A stretch of 64,000 bases of DNA, from IMG/VR virus record IMGVR_UViG_3300028588_000802; one strand, written 5' to 3'. The DNA is from an uncultured virus (IMG/VR IMGVR_UViG_3300028588_000802) (Duplodnaviria > Heunggongvirae > Uroviricota > Caudoviricetes). The notes under the pieces were generated by a model. The model was not told the DNA's origin and ran no database searches. It saw only the letters and a list, made by a program, of their open reading frames with translations. Of this stretch, positions 1 through 8,613 are shown piece by piece; the stretch's first letter is position 1; every line of letters starts with the position of its first letter. Made by a program: the position numbers and the translations under genes.

Positions 1-492
1 TTAGCCTTCGCCGTGGAACTCCTTGTGGATTGCCTCGTCGAGCCCACCCGGCTGGAAGTATACCTTACCATCGGGCAGGTCCAAGTTGCCGAACCCGTCG
101 GCAGAAAGCTGCAGGTCCCACTCCTGTCCGAAGGCGGCAGACATCTCGCGCATGAAGTCTGCGGTGCACGTGGTGACCGGGACGCTCGGCTCGCGTGGGA
201 ACGCGTCCTCGCGGAGTTCATGGTCCATGCCTTCTTCCGGCGTGCTGGCCATCGCCTGGGCCGCTTCGATGGTGCCAATACCCGTGGCCCAAGGAACTGC
301 CGCGTTGCATGCGGCCCAGTCCTGCAGTTCTTCACCCTCGTCGGTCTCCCAGTCGATGACCAGTTGGCGTGGTGGCGTCTTGCCGCCGCACAGCAGCGCC
401 AGCGATTCCAGGAAGCGGTCGACGTAGCCCGTTTTTGTCGGGGCTGGAGCCGGCTTAGCGCGGGACGTTTTGGTTTTGGTCTTGTCAGTCAT
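1..492 (-). CDS. hypothetical protein
   Basis: 163-aa ORF directly downstream of the NDT-like gene; no recognised motif. Confidence 0.6.
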   Translation of the reverse strand: MTDKTKTKTSRAKPAPAPTKTGYVDRFLESLALLCGGKTPPRQLVIDWETDEGEELQDWAACNAAVPWATGIGTIEAAQAMASTPEEGMDHELREDAFPREPSVPVTTCTADFMREMSAAFGQEWDLQLSADGFGNLDLPDGKVYFQPGGLDEAIHKEFHGEG

Positions 493-536
493 GTCGGACT
501 TTCGTAAGTTGTCGGGTTAGGCGCAGCAGGTGGCGG

Positions 537-1004
537 TCACACTCTCGAGGGGCCAAACGGCGCCTGTGTCCGGCGAACCGCTGCCATCAGCGTGTCCGGC
601 AGAGTCGGGTACGTCGGCACGCCGTAGCGTGCCGCGAGTTCTTCCAGGTAGCGCATTTTCGGCGCTCCTTCCGGGAAGCCAAAGACCACCTTCCCCGACG
701 CGATAAGCGCGCCAAACTCTACGTTCGTGGTGAAGGCGGGAAGGGTCTCGAGGTCGCGAGGAACCCAGAACACGACCACGGTGGCCATGTTCAGGGCCTC
801 CCACTCCCAGTGAATTTGGTGGTCATAGCTGTCGTGAACGGCGCCGGACGCGAGTTCCGGGACAAGCACTGTGCCCGTGAAGCCCAACTGCTTGAGCAAC
901 TCGCAGGCCTGCGGGCGCCAGGACGCCACATCCTTGCTTCGCGGCGTGGGGCCGGCGAGAAAGATTGACTTGGGGAGGTCCTGCTGGGCGTAGTGAATAT
1001 TCAT
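537..1004 (-). CDS. nucleoside 2-deoxyribosyltransferase-like protein
   Basis: SIFLAGP...WR...QIHWEWEAL...VVFWVPR...TTNVEFG pattern typical of NDT-like proteins; start placed at MNIHY. Confidence 0.7.
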   Translation of the reverse strand: MNIHYAQQDLPKSIFLAGPTPRSKDVASWRPQACELLKQLGFTGTVLVPELASGAVHDSYDHQIHWEWEALNMATVVVFWVPRDLETLPAFTTNVEFGALIASGKVVFGFPEGAPKMRYLEELAARYGVPTYPTLPDTLMAAVRRTQAPFGPSRV

Positions 1005-1118
1005 GGTTAATGGTTGCAATGTCGAAGTGCCATTATACATTACAACTGCTATATTGTGCACACTATATTGTGCAAATTAGTGTGCTATACTGTACACAGC
1101 AATTTGTGCTGAGGACCT

Positions 1119-1262
1119 CTGAATCCTGCCGCCTGCACCGGTTCTCCGGATGGCGAATTTCAGGAAGTCGAAACACCACTACACGCGACATCCCAACTTA
1201 ATCGTTGGCTTTGTCGGTAACGCAGGCGCCGCACTTCATCGCACACACGTGCATAGGCCAAC
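1119..1262 (+). ncRNA. conserved structured leader RNA, copy A (candidate cis-regulatory pseudoknot)
   Basis: CTGAA/TTCAG stem, GCC/GGC, hairpin CCGG-TTCT-CCGG, long-range GCCTGC(1131-36)/GCAGGC(1222-27); same layout at three other loci. Confidence 0.7.
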
Positions 1263-1282
1263 TTTTAAATTGGAGAATCACC

Positions 1283-2326
1283 ATGAGTGAACAAGCTCAA
1301 CGCATCGTCACGTCCCATAAAGAAGCAGCAAAACGAGCCACCGAGTATCTGGCACGAGCACGTAACCTCAAACTCAAGCAGGCAGAAGCGCTTGAACTGG
1401 TCGCGCAAGTGCTCGGCGTGGCCAACTGGCAAACGCTCAACGCGATGGCGCAACAGGGCAGGGCACCGCGGCTGGATGTAGGTGATACGCCGGCGCAGGA
1501 GGCCGTAGTAGTTTCGGCAGCTCCCGACGCGACGGTGAAGGACAATCACACCCGGGGTGCTGAAAGTATGGCCGGACGGCTGGCTGTCTACTACTACGAG
1601 CGCGGCTACAGCGAGCACCCGATGTTCAGCCGTGAAGATTGGCCCGGCGACGTTGATGTGCCAGGCACGGAGGACCTCGAGTACTGGGGCTTTGTGCTAC
1701 GGCGTCTGACGCACATCCGAGCCTTGTTCCCTTGGGACCGTGGTCATATCGCGCAAATTGCTCTTTGCGAGGCAGCCGGTATCGATGTCGACTTCGACTT
1801 CAATAACGAGCGGTGGGTCGTTGCCAGTTCTGAGCTCGATGAGTTCTTGGACCATGATGGTGACCCGTCTGAGCTCGGGCTGTGGTCGCAGCTTGCAAAA
1901 GAAGTTGAGGCGCGCACTAAGAAACTGCAGGGCATTTCGGAAAAGCACTGGCATAGCATGCACACTGAGGCACGATGCTCGGCCGCCACAGCCGCATTTG
2001 GTGTCCGGTCGTATCGGAAGCCACCTGAAGCGGCGACAGGCGTCACCCGTGATTTCCTGCTGCAGTTCGGTTTCTCTACGGAGTTCCGCCCGGGGGAGAA
2101 GATGCCGTACCTCGTGCAGAAACTTCCGACCTGGAGCATGCCGTACATGCGAGAACATGCCATCAAAACTGGAGAGGTGTCCGAGGGTGGTATTGCTGTG
2201 CTTGAGGTTACTCCGCAAGGTATGCTCGTGTTCTCGATTCCGGAGGACGACTATCGGGAAGACCCTGTCTCGATGACGTCTGAGGACGCAAAGGGCGTAT
2301 TCAGAGACGCCGGCGTTCCAATTTAA
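1283..2326 (+). CDS. Glyoxalase_8-like N-terminal domain protein, paralogue A
   Basis: N-terminus KEAAKR...LKQAEALELVAQVLGVANWQTL; RBS GGAG before ATG 1283. Confidence 0.7.
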   Translation: MSEQAQRIVTSHKEAAKRATEYLARARNLKLKQAEALELVAQVLGVANWQTLNAMAQQGRAPRLDVGDTPAQEAVVVSAAPDATVKDNHTRGAESMAGRLAVYYYERGYSEHPMFSREDWPGDVDVPGTEDLEYWGFVLRRLTHIRALFPWDRGHIAQIALCEAAGIDVDFDFNNERWVVASSELDEFLDHDGDPSELGLWSQLAKEVEARTKKLQGISEKHWHSMHTEARCSAATAAFGVRSYRKPPEAATGVTRDFLLQFGFSTEFRPGEKMPYLVQKLPTWSMPYMREHAIKTGEVSEGGIAVLEVTPQGMLVFSIPEDDYREDPVSMTSEDAKGVFRDAGVPI

Positions 2327-2342
2327 GCTGTGTAATTATTCC

Positions 2343-2367
2343 CCGCCAGGTTCGCCTGGCGGTTTTT
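2343..2367 (+). terminator. intrinsic terminator
   Basis: CCGCCAGG-TTCG-CCTGGCGG followed by TTTTT. Confidence 0.8.
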
Positions 2368-2411
2368 CTTTGGGCGCAAGAAAAACGCCGAGCAGTTGCT
2401 CGGCGTTGAAA

Positions 2412-2678
2412 TTACATCTCGTAGGGTCCGGCCGGGCCCTTCGGCAGCAGGGCGCGTTTCTCTGCCCGGCTGGCGTTGACGGTTACGGACTTCTTGCACT
2501 CCGGGCATTGGACGACTGCGCGGTAGTGGTCCTCGGTCTCGGGCATACATTCGATTTCGTGATTACCGACTTGCACAGGGGCGTGGACCAGCTGTAAGTC
2601 GCTCTGGCTGTATCGAAGCAAGCTTCCACATCCGCCGCACGTCACCTGGTTCTTGGTACCTCGTTTCAGCACTTCCAT
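2412..2678 (-). CDS. small zinc-ribbon protein
   Basis: CGGC...CPEC cysteine pairs; AAAGG RBS. Confidence 0.55.
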   Translation of the reverse strand: MEVLKRGTKNQVTCGGCGSLLRYSQSDLQLVHAPVQVGNHEIECMPETEDHYRAVVQCPECKKSVTVNASRAEKRALLPKGPAGPYEM

Positions 2679-2790
2679 ATCTGACCTTTCTAGGGGAATC
2701 TTCTTAGTGTAGCTCGCCGGCGGCAGACGGGAGCTTCCCAGGTGAGCGAACTGTCGCTACACTTAGCTGAGCAACTTAGCGCTCAGGAGC

Positions 2791-2936
2791 CCAGCTCCCG
2801 CCGTCCGCGCCGAGGAATCGGTTTGGCAAACACTGGTCAGTAGTACTCTTTTGAAGACATTTTCCCAACATTCATTGTTGGCTTTGTCGGTAATGCGGAC
2901 GCTGTATCTTCATCGCACATTCGTGCATAGGCCAAC
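2791..2936 (+). ncRNA. conserved structured leader RNA, copy B
   Basis: CCAG/CTGG stem, GCC/GGC, hairpin CCGA-GGAA-TCGG, long-range GTCCGC(2803-08)/GCGGAC(2895-2900). Confidence 0.7.
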
Positions 2937-2956
2937 TTTTGAATTTGGAGAACCAC

Positions 2957-4159
2957 ATGAGTGAATTGGCTCAACGTATCGTCACGTCCCACAAGGAAGC
3001 AGCAAAACGCGCAGCAGAACATCTCACCCGCACCCGGAAGCTCAAGTTGTCCTCTACCGAGTCTCTGGAGCTTGTTGCCCGCGTCTTGGGCGTCGCCAAT
3101 TGGCAAACGCTGCTTGGCATGGCAAATGCAGGTAAAGGCCCACGTATCGACGATGGCGCGGTGCCCGTAGTGCCGGCGGTCCCTCCGAGGGAGCTCACAG
3201 CGGCCGAGCAACTGGCGAACTACTACGGTACGCCTACCGCATGGGGTGCGCATCCGAAATGGACGCGAAAGGACTGGTCGTACGAGGTCGATAACAACGA
3301 CACCGGCGCCAGCTACTGGGAATACGTCGTTTCGGAGATTGAATCTCACCAGGAGATGTATCCCTGGGAGCGCGATGCAAGTTTCGCCGTTCAGCTGGTG
3401 AAGAAGTCCGGTGCTGAGGTCGGAGAAGGTGATGACGGTTGGGTGCTTTGCACTCAACACGACTTCTTCTTCGGAACTGAGCACGATGATGAAGAAAGTG
3501 TATGGGACGATGCTGCAGATGAACTGCAGCGCCACATGGCGGTAGTGCTCAAGCTCTCGGAGCCTTCCAAACTTTCGGAAGCACAGTGGCTCAAGCTCGC
3601 GGAAGAGTACTTCGCGTCGCTGGGTTCGGCTACCGCGGCCCCGGCCGCTGCTGAGCCTTACGACTCGGGAACGTCTGAGACGTTCCAGTACGCGGCACAG
3701 CTGGTCGAAGAGGAATTGCGCCCTGCTGTTGCGCTGTTCCAGACCTCACCCGCGCCGGTCGAGCCCTATGATGGCGGCACCAAGGAACTGTTTGCCCATA
3801 TGGGACGTAAGGCGGCAAAGGAGATGCAAGCGACCGTCGACATGTTCCGCAAGTCCGAGCAGGCCAAGCTTGCAAAGGCCATTGGCGAAGCAGCAGGTAC
3901 TGAAGTAGCCCCGCGCAAGGTCATCTCACCGGAAGGCACCGCTGTTGGGGATTCGGAGATGTGGGCCGTTGTGCATACCTGGGTTGCGAAAGTAACTCGC
4001 ATTCCAGAACAGCCAACTGCAGCTGACCTCTGGCAACAAGTGGCAGTGACGGTCTTAGCTCACGTTGCGGAAGCGACAGGCCTCGTGTTCGAAGTGCCCT
4101 TCACCGCGGAGCAGGTCCAGCGAGTCGCTGACTTCTTCGCAAAGCAGCATCGCAGCTAA
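2957..4159 (+). CDS. Glyoxalase_8-like N-terminal domain protein, paralogue B
   Basis: N-terminus nearly identical to paralogue A (QRIVTSHKEAAKRA...LGVANWQTL); C-terminus divergent. Confidence 0.7.
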   Translation: MSELAQRIVTSHKEAAKRAAEHLTRTRKLKLSSTESLELVARVLGVANWQTLLGMANAGKGPRIDDGAVPVVPAVPPRELTAAEQLANYYGTPTAWGAHPKWTRKDWSYEVDNNDTGASYWEYVVSEIESHQEMYPWERDASFAVQLVKKSGAEVGEGDDGWVLCTQHDFFFGTEHDDEESVWDDAADELQRHMAVVLKLSEPSKLSEAQWLKLAEEYFASLGSATAAPAAAEPYDSGTSETFQYAAQLVEEELRPAVALFQTSPAPVEPYDGGTKELFAHMGRKAAKEMQATVDMFRKSEQAKLAKAIGEAAGTEVAPRKVISPEGTAVGDSEMWAVVHTWVAKVTRIPEQPTAADLWQQVAVTVLAHVAEATGLVFEVPFTAEQVQRVADFFAKQHRS

Positions 4160-4167
4160 CTGATTCC

Positions 4168-4194
4168 ACCGGAGCCTCGTGCTCCGGTTTTTTT
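4168..4194 (+). terminator. intrinsic terminator
   Basis: ACCGGAGC-CTCGT-GCTCCGGT followed by T run. Confidence 0.8.
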
Positions 4195-4228
4195 CGCGCA
4201 GCGACTGCAGGACTCGGCGCCGGCGCGC

Positions 4229-4249
4229 CCTATACTTGTCAGGACAACT
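4229..4249 (+). promoter_or_regulatory. GCTAYAC-N5-AGGMCAACT upstream motif (representative copy)
   Basis: CCTATAC-TTGTC-AGGACAACT, 15 nt before ATG 4265; about 29 copies in the window. Confidence 0.75.
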
Positions 4250-4264
4250 CTCAAAGGTTAGAAC

Positions 4265-4966
4265 ATGTATTCGCAAGAAGCAGGAAAATTAATCACTGGC
4301 CGCACCCGCGGTACCGGTAAAGTCGTAGACGAATGGACCTTCAAGTCGCCGTTGACCAAGGGGCCGAAGATGGACGTGCAAATCTCCATCGAAAAGTCCG
4401 ACGGCGATAGCATCACATTTGTCGCGCGCAGCCAAGCGCTCCCGGGTGCGTTGCGGGACCAGAACATCGAAACCCTTCGCTCCAAGGTCGAAGAGGCCCT
4501 GCGCACGCAGCACCAGCTGCTCACCGGGCTCGTATGGGAATCCTGGCTCGAAGTGCAGGTTCGAGGCGCTCGTGAAGCGCACAGTGTTCGAGCAGATGTC
4601 GAGTCGCGACTCGAGGTGAAGTACTGCTATCTCAAGCGGGCCGTTCACCCCGTGACTGGCGACGCGTACACCGTCAACCACAACGGCGTAGCAGTGCCGT
4701 TCCCGCTGCCGAAACTGGCGGGCGAAGCCGATACCCCCGAGGATGTCCAGGTCGGCGACATCAAAGGCGTGTGGCGCGGTCGGGAACCCGAAGCTGAATA
4801 CTCGTATGTTCCGGCGACCGATGAAAACGTTGCAGGCCTCGAAGACCTGATGGCAAGGATGCAGGCCCTTCGCGGCGCCTTGTCGAAGTTCCTTCGCCAG
4901 GACACAATCAACCAGTCCCTTGAGGGCCTGACGAATCCGTCAGCGGCGCTTCCGGCTCCGCTGTAA
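4265..4966 (+). CDS. hypothetical protein
   Basis: 233-aa ORF with upstream motif, RBS and downstream hairpin terminator. Confidence 0.7.
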   Translation: MYSQEAGKLITGRTRGTGKVVDEWTFKSPLTKGPKMDVQISIEKSDGDSITFVARSQALPGALRDQNIETLRSKVEEALRTQHQLLTGLVWESWLEVQVRGAREAHSVRADVESRLEVKYCYLKRAVHPVTGDAYTVNHNGVAVPFPLPKLAGEADTPEDVQVGDIKGVWRGREPEAEYSYVPATDENVAGLEDLMARMQALRGALSKFLRQDTINQSLEGLTNPSAALPAPL

Positions 4967-5102
4967 CAAGTCAAATCGTTCCCGAAACGCGCCTCTTGGC
5001 GCGTTTTCTTTTTCCGGCTCACCCACCGCGGCACGCCCGGCTGAAAACGAATAATTTTCATGGCTATATCGAGTATCACTCTTTTTCAATGGAAGCATAC
5101 TC

Positions 5103-5927
5103 ATGGTCTGGAAATTCAACACCGAAGCGGCAGAGAAGCAGCATGCCGAGCGCGCCTCGCGCATCGAGCCCGGTGCCGCTGATACCAATACGCCGGCGCC
5201 TGTTGCGCGCCCAACTGTGCATTACCACGCCCCGGTAGCAGCCCCTGGAGGCCGCGCCGAGCCGGTGCTGGTCGAAAACGCGGAGCTTGACGCCCACATG
5301 CGCAATATCGGCGCTGGAGGGCAAGGACGGCACGTTGAGCCAGGCTGGGGCGAGCCGGCGCAAGAGCCCGAGGCTTCCGCGCCTACCTCCGTCTTTGGTC
5401 AAGCAGAGCCTGGCCTTGGCTACGCGCATGTCGACGTCGACAACTTCCCTCAAACCGACTCGGCCTGGGATGTGCAGCCGTTCCAAGGTACGCCGGACGA
5501 GCTCCCGGACCTGCGCCCGATTCCGCCGGCCCCCGAGGAGCATCCTGGCCACCTCTACCGCAATTCGAGCACGTTCGGCCATGCGCTTCGCATGCCACAC
5601 GACGACCCGCGCCAGCAGCTCTGGACGGACCAGCGGCGCGACCGCGGCTTCGACGACACCGAGCTCTGGGGGCTGGACGACACTTTCGCTCGCTTCATTC
5701 TTCCACGCCTGAAGGCGCTGCGACAGCAAAAGCTGGAGGCGCCAAACAGCAAGATGGACTTGGCTCTCTGGTACAGCTTCCTGGACAAGATGATTCGTGC
5801 TTTCGAGCTTCTGCTTCCTGAAGGCGGCGGCGCCTGGTCGCGGGGCACCCTCAACGACCGGGAACGTGCCCAGCTCCAGGAAGGGCTGGACCTGTTCCGC
5901 CAGTACTACTTCTCGCTGTGCTCGTAA
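5103..5927 (+). CDS. hypothetical protein (phage-like C-terminal region)
   Basis: 274-aa ORF; low-complexity N-terminus, ordered C-terminus RGFDDTELWGLDDTFARFILPRL. Confidence 0.6.
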   Translation: MVWKFNTEAAEKQHAERASRIEPGAADTNTPAPVARPTVHYHAPVAAPGGRAEPVLVENAELDAHMRNIGAGGQGRHVEPGWGEPAQEPEASAPTSVFGQAEPGLGYAHVDVDNFPQTDSAWDVQPFQGTPDELPDLRPIPPAPEEHPGHLYRNSSTFGHALRMPHDDPRQQLWTDQRRDRGFDDTELWGLDDTFARFILPRLKALRQQKLEAPNSKMDLALWYSFLDKMIRAFELLLPEGGGAWSRGTLNDRERAQLQEGLDLFRQYYFSLCS

Positions 5928-5987
5928 GCCTCGTTCGGCCGCGTTACCGATAAGCTGGCTTCGGCCAGCTTTTTGTTTGCACCACTG

Positions 5988-6008
5988 CCTACACTGAGCA
6001 GGACAACT
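5988..6008 (+). promoter_or_regulatory. GCTAYAC-N5-AGGMCAACT motif
   Basis: CCTACAC-TGAGC-AGGACAACT before ATG 6023. Confidence 0.75.
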
Positions 6009-6022
6009 TAAAAGGATTTTTC

Positions 6023-6457
6023 ATGAACAGTAAAATGGTCGAGGCGGCACTGGCTGCACTGCGGGACCCCGAGTTCGGCAAGTCTTTCCTCGCAGAGCGC
6101 GAGGCTCGCATCGCACGTCAGAAGGCTTTCGCGGAATCGGACGTCTTCCTGCGTATGGTGGCGGCCATGAGGGACAATCCGGTCTACGTCAGCGTCAGCT
6201 CCGAGCATGCGCTGTACTTCCCCGATGAGGTACGGGCGAGCGCCGGCTGGGACTTCGCGACAAAGGAAGACGTCGAGCAGTTCTTCAACGTGATTTCCGA
6301 TTACAACGCTCCTACAGTGGCGCTGGAGTCTCACGACGAGGACGACGACTGTCCCTTCGAAAACCGACAGTTCGAGAACCACGGCCTGGCCGTGAGTATT
6401 ATGTACGGGCAGGGAACGGCAATCAGCGTAAGTAATCTGGCTCCAGTGCCGGATTAA
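6023..6457 (+). CDS. hypothetical protein
   Basis: 144-aa ORF with AAGGA RBS and upstream motif. Confidence 0.7.
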   Translation: MNSKMVEAALAALRDPEFGKSFLAEREARIARQKAFAESDVFLRMVAAMRDNPVYVSVSSEHALYFPDEVRASAGWDFATKEDVEQFFNVISDYNAPTVALESHDEDDDCPFENRQFENHGLAVSIMYGQGTAISVSNLAPVPD

Positions 6458-6514
6458 CTTTGCTTAAATTTTCAGCCCCGGCGCATTGAGCAGCCGGGGC
6501 TTTTCTTTTGGGCT

Positions 6515-6865
6515 TTAGCCCTTCGCAGCTTTCACTGCGTTTCGCTTTGCACGCCACGCGATAAGCGCCAGGTTGACCAGGGAGAACAGGGTGCCGGGCG
6601 TGAACTCCGCGGCGGCGACAAGCGTCATGCTGTCGTACCAACGCTTCAGCGTACGCGGCCACTTTCGGCCGTCGGGCCCGATGTAGATGACGGTGACCGG
6701 GAACTCATCTTTTTTTGCTTCGTCGGGAGAGCTCGTCACGTCCAGGACCGTGTACAGCGTGCCCCCCTTATGTCGCCAAACGGAGCCGGGCTCTGGCAGC
6801 GCTGCCGGGTCGATTGTGCGGGATATATCAGTTTTTTCGAGGGTTGGTGTGCTCGGCTGCATCAT
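6515..6865 (-). CDS. DUF1653-like protein
   Basis: PGSVWRHKGGTLYTVL...VIY...GRKWPR pattern. Confidence 0.5.
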   Translation of the reverse strand: MMQPSTPTLEKTDISRTIDPAALPEPGSVWRHKGGTLYTVLDVTSSPDEAKKDEFPVTVIYIGPDGRKWPRTLKRWYDSMTLVAAAEFTPGTLFSLVNLALIAWRAKRNAVKAAKG

Positions 6866-7090
6866 GGGGAGAGGGGCGAAAGCTAAGTGAATAATCCAAG
6901 GTGTAGCGACCTGCTACAAACCCTTTTCAGCCTTTCGTTAGAAAGCACAAATGCTTAAAAGCCAATTTCTGAGCTTTTTAAGAAAAATACGCTTAAAAGG
7001 TATAATTTTTGTGATTACACTACTGTAGCTAGTTGCATAATCTTTCCAGTATGCTGTAGCATTCTTTACCTCACCTTTTAAGGATACTTC

Positions 7091-7393
7091 ATGACCGCAC
7101 TGACCAAAGCTACTTTCATCGACGCTCTCGCTGCCCATACCGGCCAAACGAAAACCGCATCCGCCGAATTCCTCGATGGCTTCATCGCCGTCGTGACCGA
7201 CAGCCTGGCCAAAGGCAACGACATCACCTTCACCGGTTTCGGCTCGTTCAAGGTCAGCAAGCGCGCCGCGCGCGCCGGCCGCAATCCAGCCACCGGCGAA
7301 GCGCTGAAAATCGCTGCGAGCAACGGCGCCACCTTCAAAGCCGGCGCCAGCCTGAAAGCTGCGCTGAACGTGAAAAAGGCCGGCAAGAAGTAA
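7091..7393 (+). CDS. hup: HU family DNA-binding protein
   Basis: LTKATFI...GFGSFKVSKRAARAGRNPATGEALKI...FKAGASLK signature. Confidence 0.95.
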   Translation: MTALTKATFIDALAAHTGQTKTASAEFLDGFIAVVTDSLAKGNDITFTGFGSFKVSKRAARAGRNPATGEALKIAASNGATFKAGASLKAALNVKKAGKK

Positions 7394-7409
7394 TCGCCTC
7401 GGTCACACC

Positions 7410-7438
7410 AAAAAGGCCTGCACGCAGCAGGCCTTTTT
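7410..7438 (+). terminator. intrinsic (bidirectional-looking) terminator
   Basis: AAAAAGGCCTGC-ACGCA-GCAGGCCTTTTT. Confidence 0.8.
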
Positions 7439-7538
7439 GTTTGTCATCGCTTTAGCCGCCAAGGCCTCCACCAGCCCCAAAACTACAAAGCCCACCTCCT
7501 GCATCGGGTAGGTGGGCTTTGCTCTTGGGCCGGCGTGC

Positions 7539-8039
7539 TTAGATTTCTGGCCAGTCCGCAGTACCGGTTTCAGAGTACTGGGTATAAACCCGGGCTTTCA
7601 CGAATGTGACCGGAACATCGCCGGCGGCTGCTTGGAATTGCTGCAGGCAGAAATCTTTCAGGGACGTTGCCAGGTCGAGGGGGAAGGCGCCTTGTGTGGT
7701 GAATGCGATGCTTTGGGCAAGCTGGCCCTCAACCACTTCCGGGTAGCTATCGTTTGCGCACATCTCAGCCCGCGGATGCAGATAGCTGTTGTTGACGTCC
7801 TCGGTCAGCTCGCCATTTGAGAAGCTGTGACGGCTTTCCCAGTTTGGCAGTTTCGATACGTTGTCTTCGACCATGTCGTACGCGCGGTCCTGGATAGCTT
7901 GGCCGACTTCGTCGAATTCGCCCTCGGCCGGCACACTGCCGGCGCCAACTCGGTAGTACAGGCTGAGTTGTTGCTTTTCGATGTGGCGATTGGTGATTAC
8001 TTCGTGCGGGCCGTTCACTTGCTTAGCGTTGTCGGTCAT
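7539..8039 (-). CDS. hypothetical protein
   Basis: 166-aa ORF with GGAGG RBS and TGCTATAAT extended -10 upstream. Confidence 0.65.
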   Translation of the reverse strand: MTDNAKQVNGPHEVITNRHIEKQQLSLYYRVGAGSVPAEGEFDEVGQAIQDRAYDMVEDNVSKLPNWESRHSFSNGELTEDVNNSYLHPRAEMCANDSYPEVVEGQLAQSIAFTTQGAFPLDLATSLKDFCLQQFQAAAGDVPVTFVKARVYTQYSETGTADWPEI

Positions 8040-8111
8040 GGTGTCCTCCCTTGGTTGTTTTCATTATTATAGCATATGACAACTAGGTTTTCGGCCAAGT
8101 TTAGCGGCAAT

Positions 8112-8483
8112 TTACGAGGGGGACGACAGAAATTCCGGTACAAAAACGCGACCGCTTTTGAACTGGGCGAACGGGGCAGCGTGCCGCGGGCGCTGGTCCA
8201 ATGCGTCGACAAAGTTCGCGTACTTGTAGGGGTCATATGTCACGTGGCGAGTGCACGCAACAGTGGTCGCTTGCGGGTGACGCATGTAGCCCACCACTCC
8301 CGCGTGGACGTTCTTGCGGCGTTCCCGAATTACTCGTTGCCGGCCGGCTTCCGAGACCTTGAACACGCAGTCTTCAAGGAAGAGGCTATCGGTATGGAGA
8401 ATGACGCGGCCCTTCGCTGGCCCTTCTAGCGCCTTGACAGACCATACCCGCTTGTGAAGGTTGAAGTACACGTAAACTTTCAT
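8112..8483 (-). CDS. phage-type conserved hypothetical protein
   Basis: MKVYVYFNLHKRVWSVKALEG...GRQRVIRERRKNVHAGV; resembles phage hypotheticals. Confidence 0.65.
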   Translation of the reverse strand: MKVYVYFNLHKRVWSVKALEGPAKGRVILHTDSLFLEDCVFKVSEAGRQRVIRERRKNVHAGVVGYMRHPQATTVACTRHVTYDPYKYANFVDALDQRPRHAAPFAQFKSGRVFVPEFLSSPS

Positions 8484-8613
8484 GTGTTGCCCAATGGTCA
8501 GCAGGGTAGGGCGGCGCCAAAAACCCTGAAATTTGGTAAAGATTTACCGGATTTGGTAGATTAGTATAGCGATGGCTGGTACAATGACGGCAACACCCAG
8601 CTATGGCCTTTTT

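Noticed and set aside
1119..1163. HDV-like ribozyme (GGCGAAT resembles J4/2)
   Set aside because: There is no room for P3/L3/P1.1 in the required order, and the other copies do not keep the sequence. Self-cleavage is still worth testing.
2791..2900. c-di-GMP-I or SAH riboswitch (GGCAAAC, GNRA loop, pseudoknot)
   Set aside because: Helix order and conserved nucleotides do not match either class as I know them; only a cmscan run can exclude this formally.
5988..6008. AGGAC box as a CsrA/RsmA site or as the RBS
   Set aside because: Several copies read AGGCC or AGGTC, which loses GGA; spacing to TAYAC is fixed; a separate RBS usually follows.
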